Shown piece by piece: positions 19,622-30,311 of a stretch of DNA of 64,000 bases. The translations under genes were made by a program, and so were the position numbers. The notes under the pieces were generated by a model. That model had not been told where the DNA came from, did no database searches, and saw only the letters and a list, made by a program, of their open reading frames with translations. Source of the stretch: Porphyridium purpureum (lineage: Eukaryota); contig VRMN01000012.1 of assembly GCA_008690995.1 (NCBI GenBank), positions 310,001 to 374,000 of the forward strand. Reading direction: 5' to 3'. Within the stretch, counting starts at the first letter, position 1; every line of letters begins with the position of its first letter.

Positions 19622-22600
19622 TCAAGTCTTCGGGTTCAACTTGGAATTGATGAACCGCGGCCTACTGGAAGGCGCTGAGCCCGCAGCGGGTGCTGCCGTC
19701 GACGGTGGCTGCCAGCCACCGCTAGGTTTTGAGCCCGGTGCACTGCCACTTCCTGGCGCACCTTGCCCTTGTACAAAGCCCCCGCCTACACCGCGAGGAG
19801 CCTCTCCGCGATCCCTTGCAGCAAAGCTAGAAGATCCAAACGCCGAAGTTGCAGTGGCGGGCGCGCGCTCCCTCTCACGAAAGCCAAACCCGCTGCTGCT
19901 GCTGGTGCCAACGACCGACTCCGCCGCACTGGCTCGAACGGGCGTCTTGTACGGCTCGGAGGATGCAGGCGCCGCACCCACGCCCGGTGCCGCACGGCTC
20001 GCGGGCGGTACGTACGTCTGCTTCTTCGACTCGAGACGCTCTTGAACGCGGCGGCGGTCCGCTGCTGCTGCCTCATCCAGTTGCCTCTTCTCTTCCTCTT
20101 CGCGCTGCTTGCGCTCGCGCTCCTCCGCCTCCTCGCGCTCACGCTGCTCTCGCTCTTCGCGTTCTCTGCGCTCCGCCTCTTCGGCACGCTCTTTTTCCTC
20201 TCGCGCCCTGCGAATCGCTTCTTGCCGCTCCCTTGTTTCCTTGGATACCCAGGCCTCCAACTGGGCGCCCACTTGCACCTCGAGCTGATCCTCCAGAAAC
20301 TTGAGGTCGTCCAGCATGCGCAACGTGCGGCGCTTTTCGGCAACGTCGAGCTCATGCCGCTGCTTGGCTTCCTGCAGAATCTGCTCGTGGGCCAGGGTCG
20401 CCAGCCTCATGCGTTCCTGTTTGGCCACTTCAAACTGTTCCTGCACGTATGGTCGAGACACCTCGGACTCTGCGCGGCGCAAATAATCGATTTTTTTCGC
20501 CAATTGCTGGTATTTTTTCTCGAGCTGCTTCTTGGCCTTGATTTCCTCCTCGCGCTTCTTCGTGAGAATCATCTCCCGGTTCAATAGCTCACCGCTCTCG
20601 CCCTTCTTTCCAGACGCTGTGGCGCTGTCCTCGATGATCAGGTCTGCCCCGACTGGCAGGTTTTGATGCGCCGGGAGCCCATTCTCACCCGTCTTGTCCC
20701 CACTCTTTTCCGCCATGCGCTTGGCCTCAATCTCTGCCTTGAGCGCTCGCAACTCGGCCTGCTCCTTCTGCTCCAACTCGCGCGCTCGGCGTTCGATATC
20801 GCGTCGTCGCATTTCCTCCTCGTTCCTCCGCCGCTCCTCCGCCTCGCGCGCGGCGCGCTCCTGCTCCTGTTTGCGCCGCGTCTCACGCTCGAGCTCCAGG
20901 ATCGCGTTTTCTTGTTCCTCCTTGCGCTGCTCAATCATGGCCTTTCGCTGCAGCACCGCTTCATGTTCGGCGGCGGCGCGCAAGCGCGCAATCTTGACCG
21001 CCTTCATCATGTACGCCTTGGCATTCTCCTGCTGCATCGCCAGTGCGGGCGGCGGCGGGGCCTGCGCGCCTTCCTTTGCCATGAGCTGCGTCGCGCGGGT
21101 GAGGCGAGTGGCCAGCTCGCCCAGGTCGGCGCGCATCGTGTCCGCAAACGACGCCGCCGAGTCGAACCGCATGCACTGCGTCTGGTAGTCGATGCGCATG
21201 CTCAGCGAGCGCGTCTTGAGCGCCTCGAGTGTAATCTGCTCGACTTGATCCATCGTGGTAAAGCTGAAAATCGTCTGCAGCCGGTCCAGACGCATCACGC
21301 TGTAAACTTTGCTCAACTGCACCAAAAGGCGGAAGCTCGCGATGCGGCGCAGTCCCTCCGCGTACTCCTTGAGATGCTCATTGCCTTCAATGAACGCCAG
21401 GATGGGCTCCAGCTTCTTGGCCATCGTGGTGGGTGACAACTCGTCTCCCTCGATGAGCGCAAACAGGTCGGTGAGCTCTTCAAAGCACTGCGACGGCAAG
21501 TCACGCTGCGTGATTTCAGCCACAAGTTGTGAGCGCTGCACGGGGCCGGAGGAGTAGTTGTAGCCCAGCAGGGCGGCGGTGCGTTTGAGGCGGGCGTCGT
21601 TCTCCTCGCCCATACCCACCAGCACGCCACCCGCGCCGAGCATCATCTCGCCGCCTTCCGACAGCACGGCGGTCTGTGAGTCGAACGCCGGAATGATGAG
21701 CACGGCGAGAAGCAACTGCGATGCCATGAGCCGCGCTTCCGCCATGGTCAAGTTCTTGTTTTGCTTGATCTGAAGGTTGTACAGCCGCGACGTGGCGCAC
21801 GCGTGGAACAGCAAGTTCTTGCTCACCCAGAACACCTGCTTGAGCTGCTCATAGTACTTGGACAAGGTGGACGCGCGCGGGTTCTTCTTGGACACTGTCA
21901 GAAGCATATGAATATCGTCGATCGTGCGCTGGGCTTCGCCCCAATGCTGGAGCGACATGGCGGTGTCGAGCTGAATGAAGCGGATATCCAGGAAGCGCTG
22001 CATGGTTTCTGGGTTTGTCAGCTGCACATCACTGATGCTTGGCTTGGTTGGCTTGACGTCCCACTTGGCGCGCGGCATTTTGAGCAGGTTGCCCAAGTGC
22101 TGTCGCATCATGTCACACAGGCGGCGGAACTCTAGGAAGCGCGAGTAGCGCTGGCAGAATCCAAACGCGCGCGCCGCAATATCATGGTAGCACGTCTCGA
22201 GCTTTGCCGAGCTCTTCACAATGTCCAGCACCACGCGGTACACCTCCCACATGAAGCGCATCCACGGCACGACCTGCTGACGGTCGACGCGCTCCTTGGA
22301 CAGCTCCTCGCCCGCCGCCTCCATGAGCAGGTTCTCGACGGTTTCAACGCCGATCTCGCCCTCGAGATCCACATCGGCCTCGGACGTGATGGCGAACGAG
22401 TCCTCGACGCTCTTCCTGGCGGCCTCTGTGTAGACTTCAGCCTCATGCACCAACTTGCGCACCACCTCATCCAGCGACACAAAGCCCGCGACCGAGCACA
22501 ATGCTCGGTACTTGTGCAGCGCCTCCTTGACCATTGGCGCGCGGCGCAGCTCCACGCAGAGCGACATGAGCTTGATCATGATGCCTTCGTACATCTTGGA

Positions 22601-22780
22601 CCACGTGCGCTTGCGGTTCTGATTATCCGTGATGATCTCGTACAAGATCGTGCACGCGCGCTCCTTCTGCCCGACGAGAATCAGCTGATCCGCTCGCGAC
22701 AGCGCGTTCTCCGGCTTGATCCCTCCCGGCGGCTGCCGCGGGTTCCAGTTCCACGACCTCATCCCGCCATACCTCGACAT
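19622..22780 (-). CDS. eIF3a: Eukaryotic translation initiation factor 3 subunit A
   Basis: KPENALSRADQLI, WMRFMWEVYR, EFRRLCDMMRQHL, PCI domain and a long charged coiled coil. Confidence 0.96.
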   Translation of the reverse strand: MSRYGGMRSWNWNPRQPPGGIKPENALSRADQLILVGQKERACTILYEIITDNQNRKRTWSKMYEGIMIKLMSLCVELRRAPMVKEALHKYRALCSVAGFVSLDEVVRKLVHEAEVYTEAARKSVEDSFAITSEADVDLEGEIGVETVENLLMEAAGEELSKERVDRQQVVPWMRFMWEVYRVVLDIVKSSAKLETCYHDIAARAFGFCQRYSRFLEFRRLCDMMRQHLGNLLKMPRAKWDVKPTKPSISDVQLTNPETMQRFLDIRFIQLDTAMSLQHWGEAQRTIDDIHMLLTVSKKNPRASTLSKYYEQLKQVFWVSKNLLFHACATSRLYNLQIKQNKNLTMAEARLMASQLLLAVLIIPAFDSQTAVLSEGGEMMLGAGGVLVGMGEENDARLKRTAALLGYNYSSGPVQRSQLVAEITQRDLPSQCFEELTDLFALIEGDELSPTTMAKKLEPILAFIEGNEHLKEYAEGLRRIASFRLLVQLSKVYSVMRLDRLQTIFSFTTMDQVEQITLEALKTRSLSMRIDYQTQCMRFDSAASFADTMRADLGELATRLTRATQLMAKEGAQAPPPPALAMQQENAKAYMMKAVKIARLRAAAEHEAVLQRKAMIEQRKEEQENAILELERETRRKQEQERAAREAEERRRNEEEMRRRDIERRARELEQKEQAELRALKAEIEAKRMAEKSGDKTGENGLPAHQNLPVGADLIIEDSATASGKKGESGELLNREMILTKKREEEIKAKKQLEKKYQQLAKKIDYLRRAESEVSRPYVQEQFEVAKQERMRLATLAHEQILQEAKQRHELDVAEKRRTLRMLDDLKFLEDQLEVQVGAQLEAWVSKETRERQEAIRRAREEKERAEEAERREREEREQREREEAEERERKQREEEEKRQLDEAAAADRRRVQERLESKKQTYVPPASRAAPGVGAAPASSEPYKTPVRASAAESVVGTSSSSGFGFRERERAPATATSAFGSSSFAARDRGEAPRGVGGGFVQGQGAPGSGSAPGSKPSGGWQPPSTAAPAAGSAPSSRPRFINSKLNPKT

Positions 22781-24578
22781 CCTTCAAGCCTGCCTCTCTC
22801 TCTCTCTCTTTCCCACCCCGACTCCTTTTCTCCCCTCGCCACACCTCCTTCACAACAGCACCCCTTCCTCACCATCCACCGCGGCACACGCCCCTCCCCT
22901 TGACGGCCCCCCCCTCAAACCGCACGTACTCCACAACCACGCGATCACCGTCGGCGCGCCACACTCGCTCTGCATGCACACTTGCTCCAAACCTTCCGAC
23001 GCTGTGTCGCAACCCCCTCGCACCGTACCCCTTCACCCACACGCATGCATGCATGCACACAAACTCACACAATCACACACTCCCACGCACGCCCCGTCCC
23101 GTCCCTCGTGCTACCCCACCTCTCTCCCTCTCCCTCTCACAACAACGCCGTCCCTTCTTCACTCCTTCTTCCTTCTTCCTTTTGCGTTCTCTCCCCTCCC
23201 GCACACGCACCGTCGCCGCCGAACAAACCCAAAAACAAAAAGACCGCTCCATAATAGTCAATAAACCGATAAACCGATAACCGCCCAAACCGATAACCAC
23301 CAGAAAAACGCAGTATCAAAAAGACGCCCAAAACATCAGCAGCCAAGGGGAACCGATAACTGCGTTCCACAAACCGATAGAGATCGGAACATGAACATGA
23401 GAGAAATCTACCAACCAGCCGCTCATATGAATAACACGTGCGGATATACAATGAAGTGCACAGCTCAAGTAAGCCAATCAGTCTTAGTGCAGGAAGAAGA
23501 GAGACCCCGGATCAAGCGACAATCTGCGCTAGCGTGCGAAGTAGTCTCGCCACGGATCATCCATCCTCTTTGAAAGCGTCTGTGGCTCAACCAACGATCA
23601 ATAAGTTGATCAAGCCCAAATCCCAAAAACGCGCCGTGCAAAATCGATAAGCCGATTATCCGATTAGCCTATAAGCCGATAAGCCGATTAGCCGATTGTC
23701 TTTAGTAGTCGATGCGAGTGTGGTGTGGAGCGCTTAGCTGCAAAGGAGATGGGTGAAACCGATTGTGCATCAACCGATAACACGTGACTCGTGATGGTCA
23801 CGCAGGGCTTCCAAGAAATCATCAATCGGTAAGCGGGCATTAACCGAATGGTTAAACCGGTTAATCAGAAGATGTCGGGTTGCGGCGGCAGCTGCTGCTT
23901 GCGGGGTGGTGAATGAGTGCGGGTTGGTGTGTTCGTGTGTTGACGTGGCTCTCTGGGGTGTATCAGAAGCGCTGGTTGAAGAATGGCGGCACGCTGCATG
24001 TGGTGGTAGAAGGGCGTGAAGGTGTGTGACGTGGAGTGTGGACGGGAATGGGTTGTTGCGACTGCGGTTCGCAGGCTTGGTGGGGTTGGAACTGCCGCGC
24101 GAGCAGTCGCGCGTCGTCGATGCGAATGTGTAACCGGGTGCGTCTCACAACTCGAGGCCCGGCGTTAACCAAAAACCAGCAGAACCTGAACCGTACATTT
24201 GACAAGAGGCCATGCGGCGTTGTTTGTTATCGAGCGTCAGCAGAGGCGTATCTAGTCTGTTCGGGGAGAAAAGCGAATGTGAGGGGCAAGCTCCGGCGGA
24301 CAACGGCGGCACATGGCTTCGCGCTGCATCTGCGGTTCAACGACGTCCGCCCGGCAGCTGCGACGACGAGCACCTATTTAAGCCACGACCAGACGCGCAG
24401 AAAAAAAAGGACAACCGGCGTCCGACCTGGCGACGCCGTCGTCTATCTCGCTCTCGAAACGCCAGAATGTCGACTATGCAGCAAACACAACCTGTGAAAT
24501 CGCCCCACAAAGTCAAAGAGTCCCTGATTCGTTCACGGTTTCTGCGCAACGCTGCAACGCTCAGGGGCGTCGGCGAGC

Positions 24579-24653
24579 CACTGTACACTATGAACGCAGA
24601 CACTGTACACTATACGTGGAGACACTGTACACTATGAAATGAGGGCACTGTAC
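24579..24653. repeat. Four CACTGTAC(ACTAT) direct repeats, about 22-nt period
   Basis: Copies begin at 24579, 24601, 24623 and 24646. Confidence 0.75.
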
Positions 24654-25141
24654 TTTTTGTTTTCCTTTAGGGTTGCGTGAATCGGAGCTCAGGAGGCGGA
24701 AGGTTGACAGGGGGGCAGACGGGACGCAATGCAGCAGAGGCGCGGTGCGTGAAGACGGGCCATGTGTTATGTTGGGAGCGTCAGAACAGAACGCTAGGTA
24801 TTCAAGAATTTTCCGCGAATGTATGTCGAGATGGCTGTGATGGGTCATGGCAAGCGGGTGCGGAAAAGTAGAGAGAGGTGTATGGGTTTTGAGAGCGCCT
24901 TTGCGTGGACCGCATGGTCGCGTAGGCGTCAGCACATACTCGTCGCGCTGCATGGGCTGCGCGTGGCAGGGGTGAACTTGGCGTGCTTGAAGATGAGCCT
25001 TGTGCAATCGCGAGCAGTGTGGCGTCTTGAAATAAAAAGATGTGCGACTATCGTTTCGATGACGCAGGGTATTGCGCTGGAAGGGAGGAGCGATGATCGA
25101 TGTGTTGGTTTGGTGGATGTCTCAGGATACGCCCATGTCTT

Positions 25142-25855
25142 TCACAAGTGACGGTAGTTGCTCACGTAGTACTTTGGTCGGCCATCCAGTCTGAAATGGA
25201 GGTAGCTGACACCAGCGCCGCTCGTGCTCAACCACAAGGTGTCGGCCGGGCCCAGTTCGCTCATGCGGTGCGCGGCCGCTTCGCCGACGGCGCGAAATAC
25301 ATCATCACGCACTTGTGCATCGTCGCGGGTCGCGCGCAACCACGGTGCAAGACTCGACGCATCCATGGGTTGACCGGATGGTGGTACCGGCGCCACCAGC
25401 GTCGCGTCACCGCCGAGATTTTTGAATGTGACGACGCGCGCACCGCTCCGCCGCGCGTCGCGGAATTGTACGCTAAAAGTTTGCTCATCCGGCTCGATTC
25501 CTTCCAGCACGGGCGCACGTACCACGCAGAACCGGCTACCGTGCGATGGGTTTTCGTCCGGACGCAAGGGCGTACACTCCCAAAACACACACGCCGCCGG
25601 TCCCAGCGCGTCCGCAGCGCCAAGGATTGTCTCTGCAAGCTCCGCGCGGAACGCAGCGTCGGCCCGGAGCAAAGCAACAAGATCACCGTGGACTTGGAAC
25701 TCGACGCCGCCGCAACCGGCGTCGGCGTGAGCGCCATGAACCCGCGAGATCATGCCGCGCTTCCGGCTATCACGAAGCCAAGACACCGTGACCCACGCGA
25801 CCAGAAATATCGCCGAAAGCCCAATAAATGCGACGACTAGCCCACCGCGTCGCAT
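25142..25855 (-). CDS. Conserved hypothetical protein (DUF6940-like) with an N-terminal membrane anchor
   Basis: FWEC.P, FKNLGGDATLVAP, LWLSTSGAGVSYLHFRLDGRPKYY; hydrophobic N-terminus. Family name recalled, not searched. Confidence 0.65.
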   Translation of the reverse strand: MRRGGLVVAFIGLSAIFLVAWVTVSWLRDSRKRGMISRVHGAHADAGCGGVEFQVHGDLVALLRADAAFRAELAETILGAADALGPAACVFWECTPLRPDENPSHGSRFCVVRAPVLEGIEPDEQTFSVQFRDARRSGARVVTFKNLGGDATLVAPVPPSGQPMDASSLAPWLRATRDDAQVRDDVFRAVGEAAAHRMSELGPADTLWLSTSGAGVSYLHFRLDGRPKYYVSNYRHL

Positions 25856-25929
25856 CACACGCGCTGCCCTTTATTCGCCGTCTGATGTCTACGCCAAAGT
25901 GGCATCCTAGATGCGCAGAGCAAGGCTCA

Positions 25930-27069
25930 CTACCACTTCATGACGCCTGTGTCGTCCTTGGATTTTCTCCACTGCCAGAACCACGTGCGCGGCTTTTCAT
26001 TGCGCGACAAGAGCTCCGTGTGTTCAGACTCAGGGACCTCGTAGTCGTCCAAGAGCTGCAGGAGCCCATGATGGTCAAAGATCGGGCATGCCCTCAAATC
26101 GATCGTAAACGTCCGCGACGCTGTCAGAGGCAACGGCTCGCTTGCATATTGAGAAGAGGTCAGTTCGTCGCTGGCTTGCGCGCCTTGTGAGTTCCTCTTG
26201 GCCATTCGCGTCGTTGCTGCTGCATAGTGCCACGGTCGGACAGACTTTGTCTTTGGTCGAGAACTGGCGGCGGTCGCGGCGTCGATGTTTGACGCTGCTT
26301 TCGCTGTGGGCGACGTTTCCTGTGTCTCTGGGAGAACAAACAACGAAATGTATCGCAATCGCTCGTGTTTGCGAGCCTGCACACGGTCATCGCGCACAGA
26401 CTCAATGCGCTCATGACGCATGCGGAGACGGCTCAATGGAAACGCCTCATAGTTTAGCGAGCGCCCGCCGTGCCACTTGTACGTGCCGACCTCTAGAAAT
26501 TCTGGCCTTTCCGCGAAACGCAGCTCCACTAGGCGGCCTTCCACGATCTTGTGCGACGCCCGTTGCAGCATAAAAGTCACGAGCGCGACCTGGATGACAG
26601 CCAGAAGCATGCGTTCCTTGGACAACCGTTCCTTCATTCTACTGAACAGGTGCTGTAACGCACCGTCCCAATCTTGAGCCGCTACTTCCATGTCTAATCG
26701 GGCCGGGCCTAGCTCAGATGCCAGGGTTGCCGGCTGGTCCATGCCGTCCGACATCGGCCGCGGCTGGTCGACTCTAAAGTCATTCTCTGGGCCTTCTTGG
26801 CGTTCCTCAGTCGCGTCCACCACCGCGTCCAACGACGGTGCCTGCCCCGGCGCCTGCTGCTTGCCCTCACTATTCACCCAGAACGCGAAGAACACACTGA
26901 TGGACAAGCCCTGCATGGCCGCCAACACTTTCGTGAAGCGGTAAAACGCAAACTCGTTGCGGCGGATCAGCACGCGGTGTACATTCCAGGTTGGCCGCTG
27001 CTGCGGCGCCAGCGACCCTGGCGTGCGCGCGCCCGCGTAGATGCGGCGCACCAACACACGCAGCGCCAT
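25930..27069 (-). CDS. Putative mitochondrial membrane protein (weakly TMEM223-like)
   Basis: Arg-rich presequence MALRVLVRR, two hydrophobic segments, and FTID...FDHHGLLQLL near the C-terminus. Confidence 0.55.
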   Translation of the reverse strand: MALRVLVRRIYAGARTPGSLAPQQRPTWNVHRVLIRRNEFAFYRFTKVLAAMQGLSISVFFAFWVNSEGKQQAPGQAPSLDAVVDATEERQEGPENDFRVDQPRPMSDGMDQPATLASELGPARLDMEVAAQDWDGALQHLFSRMKERLSKERMLLAVIQVALVTFMLQRASHKIVEGRLVELRFAERPEFLEVGTYKWHGGRSLNYEAFPLSRLRMRHERIESVRDDRVQARKHERLRYISLFVLPETQETSPTAKAASNIDAATAASSRPKTKSVRPWHYAAATTRMAKRNSQGAQASDELTSSQYASEPLPLTASRTFTIDLRACPIFDHHGLLQLLDDYEVPESEHTELLSRNEKPRTWFWQWRKSKDDTGVMKW

Positions 27070-28208
27070 CGTCCCTCCTTCTTACTTGAGTATGTTTAGG
27101 CGCTCGACACGTTTGTTTTACTCCTGCGACTACGAGGCTGTGAATAGTGAGTCATTGTGGCGACGACTTGCGAGTGTTCTTCAAAAAGGCATGCAACACA
27201 CAGGCCTCAAGTTTATGTTTCCGTGATCTTACACCGTCCAATGTGCCCGTCCTCCTCGCGGACGTGGCACGATGACAACGGATCGTGGACGGATTGGCTG
27301 ATTCTAGCCTTCTCCGGAATCACGAACGTGCCGCGCCAACGCCCTTTCGGACGAGGCCGTTTCGACTGTACCGACTTCGGAGCGCATAGATCCAATGCCG
27401 GCGTGTCCATCAAGGATGCAGCAGGCGAACACAGGAATCGTCAAACCAACGCCACCGGCGGAACAAGCGTGGTACACGCCTTCATTTCCGTTGCGGCGCA
27501 AAACAAAGACTATCCACTCACATCAGTGCCGACCTGCTTCACGCAGATAATGCCACTCGCTCCTCATCCAAATCCTCTCACATCTATCCAACCCACTCTG
27601 CCTGTCGTCCGATGCGCTCTCCGCTCAATGACCGCATGGTTGCTCTGATGCGTATCACATTCCTTTGAAATTCTTTAATATTTTATATTAAAATATGGTA
27701 ATATAATAATATTCTTGTAATGCAGGAATGCGGGAATCGGTTTGGGACGGAATTGAATCTGGCTCAATGGCGCATTGACCGGAAAAATCTCGGTGTCCAT
27801 GATTGATACATGCATTTGTATATCAGTGTGTTTGTGCGGCGAGTCACTAAAAGAGTCCATAGACCTTACAGAATCGATGCACAGTATATTGCTCTATCTT
27901 GGATAGTAAGTCTGTCTGTCAGTAGTATAGAAAAGAAAGCGGGGTCAAATGCAGCATTGAAGCAAAAGGAAGAACGCATGTGTGTTTCGGCAAGTGTGGA
28001 CCGTGACAAAAGGATGCCACTGGAGTCGTATGCTGAGAACGATGCTATGGCATGACGAGGTTTAGACGGCATATCGCGCGCATACGCACAGCTTGTGTAT
28101 TTAAGGTGTGTTTGCGCCGAGACATGATGTTGAAATAAGCTGCACTTGGTGTGTGTCCACAGCACAGAACAAGTTTGCGCAAGGTATGTTCTGAATGGTA
28201 TTGAAAAG

Positions 28209-30311
28209 ATGCAGACAGGGAAGAAGAATGGCACGGAGCGTACTGGGCCCGTGGTTTTGAGCGCGATCACCGTGCTGCTGGTGGCAATCGTGTCAACGGC
28301 AGAGGGGCGAAGGACCGAGTCGCCACTCCAAAATATTGCCCTGTGCGCAGTCGAAGTGAATGACTATAATGTGAATCCGGCCTCCCCACGTGTGGGCGTC
28401 GAAAGGATCGAGTGGAGTAATTGCCACCGGCAGCTTGCAAATCGCAAGGGTCTGTATGGCTGTGGCGATGAGCTGGTCTGGCTGGTCAAGTTTGACAGAA
28501 CGTACGGCAACCCAGAGTCCGAGCGATATGACGCCATTTTTCACTTGTGGGCCAACTCGGTGACAGCCGACGACGGCATTGGCTTTGAGTATGTCATTTC
28601 GGCGGCACCAAACCTGAATGATCCCATGCATACGGCTGGCGACCTGATCGTCCTGCATGACGTCGACGGGCCGTTCGTTGGGAATCAGGAAATCATGAGC
28701 TCATTCCGCTTTGCCGTGCTGGATGTTCCACAGGGCTCCACGGCCGTCATCCGGATCAAGTTTAAAGTGACGTGCAGGCCGTACGCGACCACGTACCAAA
28801 ACCAACAGAGCGTCAAGCTGACAAGTCTAGTCGGCACGATGGATGCCGCGAATGTGGATTTTGGTGCGGACCGATCCACCCAAGGTATGGATGACTACAC
28901 AAAGCAGATTCGGTCGGGCACAGTGCCGTACTTCCTCAAGGACATGAAAGGCGCGGCAGAACCATGGCTCGAAATAACTCATTTGGGTGTGGCAGGCGAC
29001 GAGTCGTGCGACCTCGCGTCACCACAACTGGTGATCAAGAAGACCGAGCAAGTCAAGCATTGCATCACGGTCTCGAACAAGGGTTCCGAAAATGCAGTGA
29101 ACATTGTTCTCGAAGACCACGGGCTTGAGGGCGGGTCCGCAGTCACTCAAATACCGGGCATTCCGTCCGTCATTCCGCCGAATACGACCGTGACCACTGC
29201 GTACGTGACTGAAATCGATGCGGTCGGACCCGACAAGGATATTGTGGTCGAAGTTCGCTCGACCGATAGTTGGCAAATATCTGCCGAGTCGTCGCTCGTG
29301 GTGGAGGTTTGGGCGGTGCTTGTCGACATGAACCTAACGCTGAGTGACTGCGGTGAAGAAAGTCTGGAACCAAAGATGCTCATTGGATTCGTGGGCGATT
29401 TGGTTACGAGGTGCGTGCGCATCACAAACCAGACGCCAGAGCCCGTAACCATCACTACTGGTTCTGGTGTTCCCCAGAGTATGATTGGCGTAACGCTTCA
29501 GCCCGGAGAGTCCTCCTTTGCGCAAGAATCGTCCTTGATTGAACAGACCAGCAGCGGGTCAGCAACCTTTGACATCTCTGTGCAGACAAACACCGGGTAT
29601 GTTGCACAAACCGATGCAACACTTTTGATTGACACTGATCCCGCAGAGCCCGAGTATTGCTGGGGCATGCTGGTTGAAAGCAGCGGGACGTGCTACTACG
29701 AACAATCGACCCTGAATAACGAGGGGGCTCTGGTGACCGAGTGCCTTTCGCGTCCGTGTTCACCGTCGTACAAGTGTGTGGGTCTGGATCCTAGCATTCT
29801 TCCGGTGCCGACAGCGGATCCCACCAGTGCTGCCACGTCACGTCCACCATTGGTAGACTCTTCAGCGACGGGTGACGGAACGAACACAGATTCTTCAGGG
29901 GCCGGTGATGATGGAACCGTGTCTGGTTCGACGCTGGGTGCAGGCACGACGGGTGCGCAGACAACAGCAGCCGCAGCCGAAACAGCGACGCCTCCGCCTC
30001 CTCCCGCGGACACCGGCGAGCCTCCTTCGGGAGAATCGACAAGTCCCGGCCCAATCGTGTACGAAACATTGTCTCCGGAAGGAGTCCCGACGGCATCGCC
30101 GCTATCCGAAGAAGACACTGGATCAAGCGGCGTGAGCACCGGGTCACCGACGAGCACACCAACGTCCACTGCCACTCCTGGAGATGCACCTTCTGTGGCA
30201 TTGAACGAACGAGCCGGCGAAACGACGCTGCTTCTAGAAAAGAGAATAGCAACCTCGTTGGACTCCAATTGCCAGCTCAAGACCAGCGTCAGCTATATGC
30301 TTGTGGCGTGA
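28209..30311 (+). CDS. Secreted protein with Ig-like/beta-sandwich repeats, a Cys-rich module and a Ser/Thr/Pro-rich mucin-like segment
   Basis: Signal peptide VVLSAITVLLVAIVSTAEG; two repeats of the type HCITVSNKG / RCVRITNQT; long T/S/P/G tract. Confidence 0.75.
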   Translation: MQTGKKNGTERTGPVVLSAITVLLVAIVSTAEGRRTESPLQNIALCAVEVNDYNVNPASPRVGVERIEWSNCHRQLANRKGLYGCGDELVWLVKFDRTYGNPESERYDAIFHLWANSVTADDGIGFEYVISAAPNLNDPMHTAGDLIVLHDVDGPFVGNQEIMSSFRFAVLDVPQGSTAVIRIKFKVTCRPYATTYQNQQSVKLTSLVGTMDAANVDFGADRSTQGMDDYTKQIRSGTVPYFLKDMKGAAEPWLEITHLGVAGDESCDLASPQLVIKKTEQVKHCITVSNKGSENAVNIVLEDHGLEGGSAVTQIPGIPSVIPPNTTVTTAYVTEIDAVGPDKDIVVEVRSTDSWQISAESSLVVEVWAVLVDMNLTLSDCGEESLEPKMLIGFVGDLVTRCVRITNQTPEPVTITTGSGVPQSMIGVTLQPGESSFAQESSLIEQTSSGSATFDISVQTNTGYVAQTDATLLIDTDPAEPEYCWGMLVESSGTCYYEQSTLNNEGALVTECLSRPCSPSYKCVGLDPSILPVPTADPTSAATSRPPLVDSSATGDGTNTDSSGAGDDGTVSGSTLGAGTTGAQTTAAAAETATPPPPPADTGEPPSGESTSPGPIVYETLSPEGVPTASPLSEEDTGSSGVSTGSPTSTPTSTATPGDAPSVALNERAGETTLLLEKRIATSLDSNCQLKTSVSYMLVA

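Noticed and set aside
24579..24653. Mini-CRISPR interpretation of the CACTGTACACTAT repeats
   Set aside because: Repeat (13 nt) and spacers (9-10 nt) are far too short, and the context is eukaryotic.
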